Source of the DNA: Planctomycetota bacterium
Lineage (GTDB): Bacteria; Planctomycetota; UBA1135; UBA2386
Reading direction: 5' to 3'
Length of the DNA stretch: 39,602 nt
Assembly: GCA_965223545.1 (NCBI GenBank)
Contig: CBDCWY010000001.1
Coordinates: 1 to 39,602, forward strand
Position numbers and translations under genes: made by a program. The notes under the pieces are model-generated. The model was not told the DNA's origin. It did no database searches and saw nothing but the letters and a program-made list of their open reading frames with translations. The stretch's first letter is position 1; every line of letters begins with the position of its first letter. Positions 7,978-15,799 of the stretch are shown here, piece by piece.

Positions 7978-9038
7978 GGTTTCGCTCCCTTCTCGGCGGC
8001 CTGCATGGCCGCGATCTGAGCCTGCATGTCGTTCCTGCGGCGGTTAATCTCCGCCTGGTACTCGGCAGGCGACAGCCCGGCGAGTTGCGGAGGGAGCTCG
8101 CGCCGCGACTCCGGTCGGAGGTCTGCGGTCGGGCGTCGGGCGACGCGCTCAGACGCCGCGTGAGCGGCGATCTCCTCCGCAGACGGCTCGGTACCCGTCC
8201 CGCGCCACCCGCACGCCCTGAGCGCCGCCCTGGCTGCTCCTGCGGCGGTCTCAGGTCTGGCGACCAGCTCTGCTTCCGCTCTGGCGAGCCCGCTGCCGGG
8301 ACTGACGCGGTCCCAGCCGAACATGCGTGCGTCGCGCAAGGCGGCGAGCAGTTCGTGGTCGGCGACGTCGTGTTCCGCGGTCCGGGCTTCCCCGGCGCGA
8401 GTGTGCGTGCCGTCAGGCTCGCACGCGCGCTCGCGCATCTTGTTCTGAGTTCTTGCTTCTTGAGGAGCCTGAAGGTGAACAGCAGGAGCTCCCCTACGTG
8501 AGCTCCCAGTGTTCACCTTTGACCTCCGACGTGAGCTCCCAGTGTTCACGTTGGTGTTCCCGCGGTGCGACGTGAACACCGGCTGTTCACCTTTGAGGCT
8601 GAGCGGTTGTCCCTTCGCGAGCCTGAGGCACACGCGCAGAAGCGGGTCGAGAGAGTAGGTCGGTCGACCGCCGAGCCTGTCCGCCTTGCGACGCTCGACG
8701 AGCGCGGGACGGGAGCCGCGCCGGGTCTCAAGGGAGCGGATACGACGGCGGATGATCCGCGCGGCGTTCGGGCTGGGGCTGCCGTCCGCCGTGAGAGGTT
8801 GCGGAAGGTGCGGGCGCAGGTCGCGGATGCGGAGCCGCTGCCACGTCGGCCCGGACCACCTCCAGGCGTCGAGCACCGCGCAGAGCGTTCGGTACTCCGC
8901 GTCGCTGATCCCGAGCCTGGACAGCTCGGCGAACAGGGGGCGGATGAGCTGGACGTGCGAGGTTCCGGGCGGGAAGCCGAAATGCTCACACGCCTGCTTC
9001 CTCGCCTTCTTCATCGACCGCAGGCTAGCGCGGTCCAC
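7974..9038 (-). CDS. Putative replication initiator (N-terminal winged HTH, internal iterons)
   Basis: ISDAEYRTLCAV...IIRRRIRSLE...LVERR...TYSLDPL followed by a low-complexity linker containing DNA repeats, as in lambda O. Alternative start ATG 9014. Confidence 0.65.
   Translation of the reverse strand: MDRASLRSMKKARKQACEHFGFPPGTSHVQLIRPLFAELSRLGISDAEYRTLCAVLDAWRWSGPTWQRLRIRDLRPHLPQPLTADGSPSPNAARIIRRRIRSLETRRGSRPALVERRKADRLGGRPTYSLDPLLRVCLRLAKGQPLSLKGEQPVFTSHRGNTNVNTGSSRRRSKVNTGSSRRGAPAVHLQAPQEARTQNKMRERACEPDGTHTRAGEARTAEHDVADHELLAALRDARMFGWDRVSPGSGLARAEAELVARPETAAGAARAALRACGWRGTGTEPSAEEIAAHAASERVARRPTADLRPESRRELPPQLAGLSPAEYQAEINRRRNDMQAQIAAMQAAEKGAKP
8475..8596. repeat. Iteron-like cluster, probable replication origin
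   Basis: 21-bp direct repeat ACGTGAGCTCCCAGTGTTCAC at 8496 and 8529; TGTTCACCTTTGA at 8510 and 8584; palindrome GTGAACA-N5-TGTTCAC at 8572-8590. Confidence 0.7.
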
Positions 9039-9095
9039 AGGACTTGCCGGATAATTTCTTCCGCCTGTGCGGTCGTTCTCTTACCGTGTGCATCC

Positions 9096-9410
9096 ATGAG
9101 CGCGAACTCCACCGTGAACAAGGCTTCCGACCGCTGGGCGTTGGACGGCAACCGCCTGTGGCAGCACCGGCGTCTGACCGGCGACCGGCAGCGCCAGGTA
9201 GCCGAGCGCATCGGCGTCAGGGGTGCCGCGGTCTCGCGGTGGGAGCGCGGCGTCCGTCGACCGTCGAACGCGGTGTTCGCGCGGCTGCCCGCCGCGTACC
9301 GCGTGGACCTGCGGGCGTTCGTCTCGTACCTGCGCAACCCCCCGACGACCGAGGCCGAGTGGGCCGAGCTGGCCGCCGACCTCAAGGTGGAAGTCGCCGA
9401 GCTGCGATAG
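9096..9410 (+). CDS. XRE/Cro-C1 HTH transcriptional regulator
   Basis: QRQVAERIGVRGAAVSRWERGVRRP; divergent from the initiator; TACCGT 8 nt upstream suggests a leaderless mRNA. Confidence 0.85.
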   Translation: MSANSTVNKASDRWALDGNRLWQHRRLTGDRQRQVAERIGVRGAAVSRWERGVRRPSNAVFARLPAAYRVDLRAFVSYLRNPPTTEAEWAELAADLKVEVAELR

Positions 9411-9439
9411 ACCGAACGACAGCGGCCGACCGGCCGCGG

Positions 9440-9458
9440 AGAACGCCAAGGAGGCAAC
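9440..9458 (+). repeat. 19-bp repeat copy 2, AGAACGCCAAGGAGGCAAC (contains SD)
   Basis: Directly precedes ATG 9459; inverted relative to 7424-7442. Confidence 0.85.
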
Positions 9459-9731
9459 ATGAACAACCGAGAGGCACCCGAGATCCGCTGGCTGCGCACC
9501 CTGCGCGGCGCGGACGAGAGCCTGCGAAAGACGCTGGGCGAGGCCCTGCTGCTCAACCTGATCGAGGGCACCGAGCCGGTCGACGCGCTCTGCCAGGCCG
9601 CGTGGGAATGCGGATACCAGGACGAGTGCGAGGACTGCCTCGGCAGCGGTACCGAGCACTTCAGCGGATGGAGCCGCCCTTGCGAGACGTGCCGCCACGA
9701 CGCGCTGGTCGCGCAGGGGGGGCGGTCGTGA
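9459..9731 (+). CDS. Hypothetical protein with CxxCxGxG...CxxC zinc-finger-like motif
   Basis: CEDCLGSG...PCETC; strong SD. Confidence 0.7.
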   Translation: MNNREAPEIRWLRTLRGADESLRKTLGEALLLNLIEGTEPVDALCQAAWECGYQDECEDCLGSGTEHFSGWSRPCETCRHDALVAQGGRS

Positions 9732-9997
9732 GCCGCCGGGCCGTGAACCGGGTATCCGACGAAGAGCTGATGCGCGAGGCGCTGACCGCGCTGGTATCTC
9801 TTCAGTTCGCGTCGAGCGACGAGGGCGGCTGCAACGAGACGGGCTGGTTCCCGTACTACTGCCCGTCGTGTCGAGCGCACGACGGCGACCCGCACCGCCT
9901 CTACTGCGTCCTCGCCCCGGTCGCGCTTCGCTTGGCGAAGCGTCTTGGTGTCACGCCTCCACCGGTCAGGATCGACGAAGGGGACTGGTACCAGTGA
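9728..9997 (+). CDS. Hypothetical protein (CPSC...H...C)
   Basis: GTGA-coupled on both sides. Confidence 0.6.
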   Translation: MSRRAVNRVSDEELMREALTALVSLQFASSDEGGCNETGWFPYYCPSCRAHDGDPHRLYCVLAPVALRLAKRLGVTPPPVRIDEGDWYQ

Positions 9998-10239
9998 CCC
10001 GGGCCGCAATCGCCGCCCTCGACCTGGACGTCACCCTCCGCGGGCGGACATGGACGGTTCGCTTCGGCGAGCACGACTTCGCCCCGGCGGATCGGGTCAT
10101 GGCACTCGACGACATCGCCGATCGGGCCGTCCGCGCGCTGCTCGCGCTCGGGCACCCGGGCGCGATGGCGCTGCGTGCGGCACTGAACAAGTACGGGCTG
10201 CGCGAGGACGTGAACGACCGCGTGCGGAGGACGTCGTGA
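9994..10239 (+). CDS. Hypothetical protein
   Basis: GTGA-coupled on both sides. Confidence 0.55.
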   Translation: MTRAAIAALDLDVTLRGRTWTVRFGEHDFAPADRVMALDDIADRAVRALLALGHPGAMALRAALNKYGLREDVNDRVRRTS

Positions 10240-11111
10240 GCGCCCTCGACCGCCTGGAGACCTTCGACTCCCGCGAGGAGTGGCTGGCGGCCCGGCGCTC
10301 GGGCGTCGGCAGCAGCGACGCAGCAGCCGTCCTCGGGCTCTCGACCTTCCGCACGCCGCTCGCGCTGTGGTCGGAGAAGGTCGGGCTCGTCGAGGGCGAC
10401 GACGGAGAGAGCGAGTGGCTGGCGTGGGGGCAGCGACTCGAGCCCGCGATCCTCAGGCAGCTCGGCGCCGAGTGCGGCGTCGCGTTCGGCCACTTCGACC
10501 TCGCGATCGTCCGCCACCGCTGCTGGCCCGCGCTGTTTGCTTCGCCCGACGGCCTGGCGTTCGTGGGCGGCGAGGTCGTCGGCGGCGAGGTGAAGAACGT
10601 CAGCCAGTGGAAGGCGGACGACTGGTCGGACGGCGTGCCTGCGCACGTCGTCGCGCAGGTGCAGCACGCGATGGACTGCTGCGAGGCGCGGCGGTGGTAC
10701 GTCGGCGCGCTGATCGGCGGCAACCGCTTCGTGTGGGACGTCGTCGAGTACGACGCCGAATGGGTCGTCGAGAACCGCCCTGCGCTGCTCGACTTCGCCC
10801 GTCGCGTGCGGGAGGAAGACGCGCCGGAGCCCGGTCCGGACGACGCCCGCACGCTCGCCGCGGTGCACGGCGACCACGAGCCGGGGAAGGTCGTCTCGCT
10901 GGGCTGGGAGGCCTGGGAGGCGACCCGGGAGATCGAGGCCATCGAGCAGTCGGTCGCCCGTCGCAAGGCGGCGATCGACCGCAGGAAAAACGTGATCCGG
11001 GCCGAGCTCGGGGACGCGGAGAGAGGCGAGTTCGGCGACGGGTCGGGCTGGTCGTGGAAGACGAACAAGGCGGGGGTTCGCCCCCTGTGCCGCTTCAAGG
11101 GAGACGGCTGA
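10236..11111 (+). CDS. YqaJ-like (lambda-exonuclease family) recombination exonuclease
   Basis: REEWLAARRSGVGSSDAAAVLG...WGQRLEP...ASPDG...GEVK...QVQH; adjacent to RecT. Confidence 0.92.
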   Translation: MSALDRLETFDSREEWLAARRSGVGSSDAAAVLGLSTFRTPLALWSEKVGLVEGDDGESEWLAWGQRLEPAILRQLGAECGVAFGHFDLAIVRHRCWPALFASPDGLAFVGGEVVGGEVKNVSQWKADDWSDGVPAHVVAQVQHAMDCCEARRWYVGALIGGNRFVWDVVEYDAEWVVENRPALLDFARRVREEDAPEPGPDDARTLAAVHGDHEPGKVVSLGWEAWEATREIEAIEQSVARRKAAIDRRKNVIRAELGDAERGEFGDGSGWSWKTNKAGVRPLCRFKGDG

Positions 11112-11112
11112 G

Positions 11113-11910
11113 ATGACACAGATCACGACGCTCAACGAGAGGGCGGCGCAGGTCCGCGCCCTGCTGACGAGCAAGAAGGGGATGGCGCGCCTGAGCGCGG
11201 CGCTTCCGAACATCGGCATCGACGCCAACCGGTTCGCGCGGATGACCATCACGGCGCTGAACGCGAACCCGAAGCTGTACGAGTGCACGATTGACTCGCT
11301 GCTCAGCTGCCTCGTGCTGAGCGCGCAGTACGGCTTGCCGCCGACGGGTGCGCGCGGCATGTGGCTCGTCCCGTTCAAGACGAAGAACGGCCTGATCTGC
11401 ACGCCGATCATCGACTACCGCGGTCTCGTCACGATGGCGCGCCGCTCGGGGCACGTCCACGCGATGAGCGCCGAGGTGGTCCGCGATGGCGACTTCTTCG
11501 ACTACGAGATGGGCACCGCGCCGTTCCTCAAGTTCCGCCGGGAGGCTGACCAGGACGCTCCGATCACGCACGTCTGGGCGAGCGCGGCGCTGAGCGAGGG
11601 GCCTCCGCAGTTCGTGGTCCTCACGCGCGCCGAGGTGGATGCTGTGAAGCGCACGAGCAAGGCGGGCGGGCGCGGCCCGTGGGTCGACCACTTCGACCGG
11701 ATGGCGTGCAAGACGGCTGTCAGACGCCTGTGCAACCTGCTTCCGATGCAGGACGACGACCACCGGCTGCTCGGCGCGACCGACTCGGAGAAGGTCGGCG
11801 TGGAGATGCCGACGATCGTGTCGGCGGAGGTCACGGACTCGGTCGTGCAGGCGGCCGACGAAGAGGCGGAAGAGCGCGCCGCCATCCAGGGCGAGGCGGG
11901 TGACTCGTGA
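11113..11910 (+). CDS. recT: RecT-family single-strand annealing recombinase
   Basis: SLLSCLVLSAQYGL...LVPF...IIDYRGLVTMARRSG...PWVDHFDRMACKTAVRRL. Confidence 0.95.
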   Translation: MTQITTLNERAAQVRALLTSKKGMARLSAALPNIGIDANRFARMTITALNANPKLYECTIDSLLSCLVLSAQYGLPPTGARGMWLVPFKTKNGLICTPIIDYRGLVTMARRSGHVHAMSAEVVRDGDFFDYEMGTAPFLKFRREADQDAPITHVWASAALSEGPPQFVVLTRAEVDAVKRTSKAGGRGPWVDHFDRMACKTAVRRLCNLLPMQDDDHRLLGATDSEKVGVEMPTIVSAEVTDSVVQAADEEAEERAAIQGEAGDS

Positions 11911-12284
11911 CCGCCACCGACCTGCGCGCCCTGGCCGAGCGGGCGGCGGCGCTGCTCGGCGGAACCTGCGAAGACGACCCGAACGAGAACTTCCTGTGCT
12001 GCATCGAGACCGAGACCGCTCGCGGCCCGATCTCGATCTGGAAGGTCAGCCAGGGACTGACAGAGGAATTCGAGTGCGTCGGGGCTCTCGCCGACGCCCT
12101 GCCGGACGGCATCCACCTTCACACCCTGACGCTGCCGTTTCACGCGACGGAGACGACCCTCGACACGCGCGGGGCCGGTGTCTCGCTGTTCTCGCTGCGT
12201 GACGGAAGGACTTATTCGGAGCACGGCAGAACGCCCACCGAGGCGATGCTGAGCGCAGTGTGCGCCGCGCTAGGGGGTGCGTGA
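11907..12284 (+). CDS. Hypothetical protein
   Basis: Overlap-coupled; the C-terminal GRTPTEAMLSAVCAAL resembles ABA-sandwich ends. Confidence 0.6.
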   Translation: MTATDLRALAERAAALLGGTCEDDPNENFLCCIETETARGPISIWKVSQGLTEEFECVGALADALPDGIHLHTLTLPFHATETTLDTRGAGVSLFSLRDGRTYSEHGRTPTEAMLSAVCAALGGA

Positions 12285-12679
12285 TGGCGCGCTTGTGGGA
12301 CAGCGATCGGTTCGCTGCTCTCATGCGGGAGCGCGGCCTGTCGGACGAAGAACTCTCGACACGGCTTCGCGACGTCTCCTCGGACACGGTCAAGCACTGG
12401 CGTCTGGTCGAGGGGCCGTCATCGTTGAAGATGGTGATCCGCGTGGCCGGCCTTCTCGGTGTCGAGACCTACCACATTCGCGGCTCCGGAACCGTCGGGC
12501 GCGAGACGTTCCAGTGTGCGGAGGGGCGCTGGTACACGCGCACGCACATCGGTGGCGAAGTCGTCCATGTTCACGGCCCGTTCGCGAGTCAGAACGCAGC
12601 GATTGCCGATGACGTCGCGCGTTACGGCCGGACGACAGAGAGCGTCCCGACGGTCTTCTCGGAGCCGTCCGATGCCTGA
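12284..12679 (+). CDS. XRE-like HTH protein with C-terminal extension
   Basis: LMRERGLSDEELSTRLRDVSSDTVKHWR...VIRVAGLLGV. Confidence 0.7.
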   Translation: MARLWDSDRFAALMRERGLSDEELSTRLRDVSSDTVKHWRLVEGPSSLKMVIRVAGLLGVETYHIRGSGTVGRETFQCAEGRWYTRTHIGGEVVHVHGPFASQNAAIADDVARYGRTTESVPTVFSEPSDA

Positions 12680-12971
12680 CCGCGCCGACGACCTGATCCG
12701 TCGCGGGGACGCACTGAGGCGGCTCAACTACTACGAACTGTACAAGGTTGCCCACTACGTCTCCGCCCTCCCCGCCGACCCGGTCGGGGCTGCGGCCCTG
12801 GCGCTGGCGGCACTCGCCAGGTGCGAGGTCTGGAGTGCCGGCGTCACTGAGGACGCCGACGATATCTGGTGTGTCAACGACGTGCGCGATGACGAACCGT
12901 CGAAGTGGTGCGAGACGTGCCGCTCGATCGCCGCCTACCGCGCCGCCGTCGCCGCCCGGGAGGCGTCCTGA
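12672..12971 (+). CDS. Hypothetical protein
   Basis: MPDRADDLIRRGDAL...WC...WCETC; overlap-coupled. Confidence 0.6.
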   Translation: MPDRADDLIRRGDALRRLNYYELYKVAHYVSALPADPVGAAALALAALARCEVWSAGVTEDADDIWCVNDVRDDEPSKWCETCRSIAAYRAAVAAREAS

Positions 12972-13396
12972 TGGGCACCAACTACTACCTGAACAAGCGG
13001 GTGCGGAGGTGCGAGGAGTGCGACCACGCGCTTGAGGAGGAGTGGCATTCCCTGCACATCGGCAAGGCGTCGGCTGGCTGGGTGTTCGCTCTCCGCGTGT
13101 ACGGGGATGCGGACCTTGAGGACGAATGGGAGTACCCCTTCGACCTGCCTGACTGCCTGGCCGACTGGCGCGTCCTGTTCGCGAGACCGGACATGTTCAT
13201 AGATGACGAGTACGGGCGCGAGGTCGAGACCAAGGAGATGCTGTGGTGGATCACCGGGCGTCGCTGGACAGGTGACCCGCTCGAGCCCGATCCCGGGACG
13301 ATCGTGACGGAGTCCGGTCTTCTGCGCCATCTGAGACACGAGCCGCCCTGCGAGCCCGGCGGGTCGTGGGCTCTGGTTCGGTACGAGTTCTCGTGA
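12971..13396 (+). CDS. Conserved phage hypothetical protein (GTNYY...HIGK-x-S-x-GW type)
   Basis: MGTNYY...LHIGKASAGWVF...IDDEYGRE...EFS, a pattern I recall from uncharacterised phage proteins. Confidence 0.75.
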   Translation: MGTNYYLNKRVRRCEECDHALEEEWHSLHIGKASAGWVFALRVYGDADLEDEWEYPFDLPDCLADWRVLFARPDMFIDDEYGREVETKEMLWWITGRRWTGDPLEPDPGTIVTESGLLRHLRHEPPCEPGGSWALVRYEFS

Positions 13397-13875
13397 GCCT
13401 CCGCGCCCTCTCCGTCCGCCAGCCCTGGGCCTCGCTCCTCGCCCTCGGCATCAAGCGCTACGAGACGCGCTCGTGGTCGACCGGCTACCGCGGCTGGCTC
13501 GCGCTCCACACCAGTCAGGACCGCACCAGGACGGAGGCGACCGAGTCTGCTTCCGCGATCCTCGGGGCTTTGCTCGAGACCGGGGAGCACGACGCCGCGG
13601 TCGACCTGTGGGGTGGCTGGCAGCGGCGCGGCGAGTTCATCGCGCTGCTGCGCCTGGACGGGTGCGAGCGCACCGAGGCCGCCGACGTCCACCCGGAGGA
13701 GCGGATGGTCGGCGACTGGACGCCGGGCCGGTGGGCGTGGCGCGTCGGCGTCTCGGTTCCCATTCGACCGATCAAGGCCCGAGGAGCGCTCGGGCTGTGG
13801 ACACCGAACGCAGGGCTGTCGGCCGCCCTGCGTCGGGAAATCGAGAAGGCCGAGGTTCACAAGCACGGGGGTTGA
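13393..13875 (+). CDS. ASCH domain protein (ASC-1-like subfamily)
   Basis: ALSVRQPWASLLALGIKRYETRSW...RGWLALH...GRWAW...ARGALGLW. Confidence 0.88.
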   Translation: MSLRALSVRQPWASLLALGIKRYETRSWSTGYRGWLALHTSQDRTRTEATESASAILGALLETGEHDAAVDLWGGWQRRGEFIALLRLDGCERTEAADVHPEERMVGDWTPGRWAWRVGVSVPIRPIKARGALGLWTPNAGLSAALRREIEKAEVHKHGG

Positions 13876-13877
13876 GG

Positions 13878-14540
13878 ATGACGAGCAAGATCAACGCGAG
13901 ACTGCTGCGGGCGGCTGCGGCCGCGACGCGGGCCAAGGGCAAGGACGTGCCGCCGGCGACGAACGTCGTGCATGTGCACGCGTCGGGGGACACGCCGCCG
14001 ACCACGCACGTCGAGGCGCACGACGGACGCGTCGTCTTCCGCGCGGTCGTGCCGCAGGAGACGCACACTCCGGTGCTGATCAAGGGGCGCGACGCCGTCC
14101 GTCTGAACGCGAACGAGTACGCGGAGCTGTCCGGCGACAGACTCGTCGCACCGTTCTCGCTGAAGCTCGCGATGCCGAACGGAAAGGAGGTCGACGACCT
14201 CGAGTACCCCGACCTCGGCGAGCACTTCGAGGACGACGGCGAGTCCGACTCGTTCGTGGTCGACGTCGCTCGCCTGGCGACCGTCGCGGCGTGCTTCCGC
14301 CGGGCGGGCGTGTCCCGGGTGCAGGTCGTCGTCCCGGACCACGACGGCTCGCCGGTCCTGTTCCGGGGCGCGTCGAGCGGGGCGGCGAACAGCACGGTCC
14401 TCGCGGCGCTTCTGCAAGTGCCGATGTACGTCGAGGGCGAGACGGGCGCTGACGAAGCACCCGCCGACGTTGAGGGGCAGCTCGGGCTTCCGGGCATCTC
14501 GGCCCCAGCGGCCGACAACGATCAGGGGGAGCCGTCGTGA
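13878..14540 (+). CDS. Beta-clamp-like phage protein
   Basis: NVVHV...VEAHDGRVVF...YPD...VDVARLA pattern resembling degenerate clamp domains. Confidence 0.45.
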   Translation: MTSKINARLLRAAAAATRAKGKDVPPATNVVHVHASGDTPPTTHVEAHDGRVVFRAVVPQETHTPVLIKGRDAVRLNANEYAELSGDRLVAPFSLKLAMPNGKEVDDLEYPDLGEHFEDDGESDSFVVDVARLATVAACFRRAGVSRVQVVVPDHDGSPVLFRGASSGAANSTVLAALLQVPMYVEGETGADEAPADVEGQLGLPGISAPAADNDQGEPS

Positions 14541-14761
14541 GCGGAGATGAGACCAGCAGGCTGTGGCATGCCGCCGAGTTCAGTGACCGACTGGAGGAGG
14601 CGATACGCAGTTCCGAGGTTCGGATCGCCGGACTCAGCAGGCAGATCGACGAGCTGAAGCGTGAGCGCTCAGCCGAGCGTGTCGAGCTCTCGGAGCTCAA
14701 GCGTCTTCGGCCGCGCAAGCGGAGAGCGAGCCAGCCGAACCCCGGCACGGCGACGGAGTGA
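14537..14761 (+). CDS. Small coiled-coil protein
   Basis: Heptad-rich, GTGA-coupled. Confidence 0.6.
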   Translation: MSGDETSRLWHAAEFSDRLEEAIRSSEVRIAGLSRQIDELKRERSAERVELSELKRLRPRKRRASQPNPGTATE

Positions 14762-15306
14762 CGTCGCCTCGCATCCTGCGGTGCTTCGTGCCGGGGCGTC
14801 CCGCGTCCTGGCGCAGCCCGCAGGCGCAGCCGTTCGTCGTCGGCAAGGCGGCGAGCGGCAAGCCCCTCATCCGCGTCCACATGTACCCGGCGAAGTCAAT
14901 GGAGACCTGGGCGAAGGGAGCCCGCGCGCTGCTGAGGATCGCGGTTCGGGACGCAGCCTCGGAGTCCGGTGTCCCCGCCGCCGAGGTCGAGGAGTCGGGC
15001 TACCTGCGCGGTGCCGTCAAGCTGCGGGTCTCCGCGGCGTTCGCGCGGCCGCGCTCGGCGCACCGCGTCCTCAGCGGCAAGCCGTCCGCCCCGATGATCG
15101 TCAAGCCCGACGCGACGAACGTCCTCAAGCTCGCCGAGGACTGCGCGACGCACGCCCGGTGGTGGCGAGACGACGCCCAGGTGTGGGACGCGCGGAGCAC
15201 GACGCGCTGGGCCATCTGCCCGCCGCACAGGTGCAAGGACGGCTGCCGCGAAGACCCGGACGATCCCGAGGGCGTGTACCTCGTGGCGTGGGAGGCGGAG
15301 GAGTGA
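14758..15306 (+). CDS. rusA: RusA-family Holliday junction resolvase
   Basis: FVPGRP...GAVKLRV...F-x-RP...KPDATNVLKLAED...WRDDAQV. Confidence 0.8.
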   Translation: MTSPRILRCFVPGRPASWRSPQAQPFVVGKAASGKPLIRVHMYPAKSMETWAKGARALLRIAVRDAASESGVPAAEVEESGYLRGAVKLRVSAAFARPRSAHRVLSGKPSAPMIVKPDATNVLKLAEDCATHARWWRDDAQVWDARSTTRWAICPPHRCKDGCREDPDDPEGVYLVAWEAEE

Positions 15307-15584
15307 AGACCCTCAAGCGCGTGATCCGCGTCGACCGCTCGCACGGGCACTCGTTCGTGTGGGTGCGGCACGACGTGCGCCCCGAGGACGCCAACCGCAC
15401 GCCACGACCGCGGTACGTGCCCGGCTCGCCCGCAGGGCTCGAGCCTGCTCCGTTCGGCGCGCTCGTAGACGGCGACGTGTTCGTCCTCCGCGACGAGACC
15501 ACGCTGTGCTTCGTCCTGTGTGAGACCGAGGACGACACGCGGTGGATCTGCGCGACCGGACCCGCATGGAAGGCCGCACTGTGA
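15303..15584 (+). CDS. Hypothetical protein
   Basis: GTGA-coupled (MKTLKRVIRV...). Confidence 0.55.
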   Translation: MKTLKRVIRVDRSHGHSFVWVRHDVRPEDANRTPRPRYVPGSPAGLEPAPFGALVDGDVFVLRDETTLCFVLCETEDDTRWICATGPAWKAAL

Positions 15585-15799
15585 GTCGCAACCGCTGGTG
15601 CTTCGGCCGCGAGGACGTCGTCTGCTTCACCGCGGACTGCCGTCAGATGCCGAAGTGCGTCCGCGCCCTCTGGGCCGCAAAGCGGGATCGGTTCGCGCGC
15701 AAGGCGGAGAGCTCGCCCGGCTCCGCGCTGTCGACGCTGACTAGGTCTGCACGTCCAACGCCGCGGACGACGAAGCCGAGAGCGTCGCACCGGAGCTGA
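15581..15799 (+). CDS. Small Cys-containing hypothetical protein; last early gene, converging on the late operon
   Basis: GTGA-coupled; MSRNRWCFGREDVVCFTADCRQMPKC. Confidence 0.45.
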   Translation: MSRNRWCFGREDVVCFTADCRQMPKCVRALWAAKRDRFARKAESSPGSALSTLTRSARPTPRTTKPRASHRS

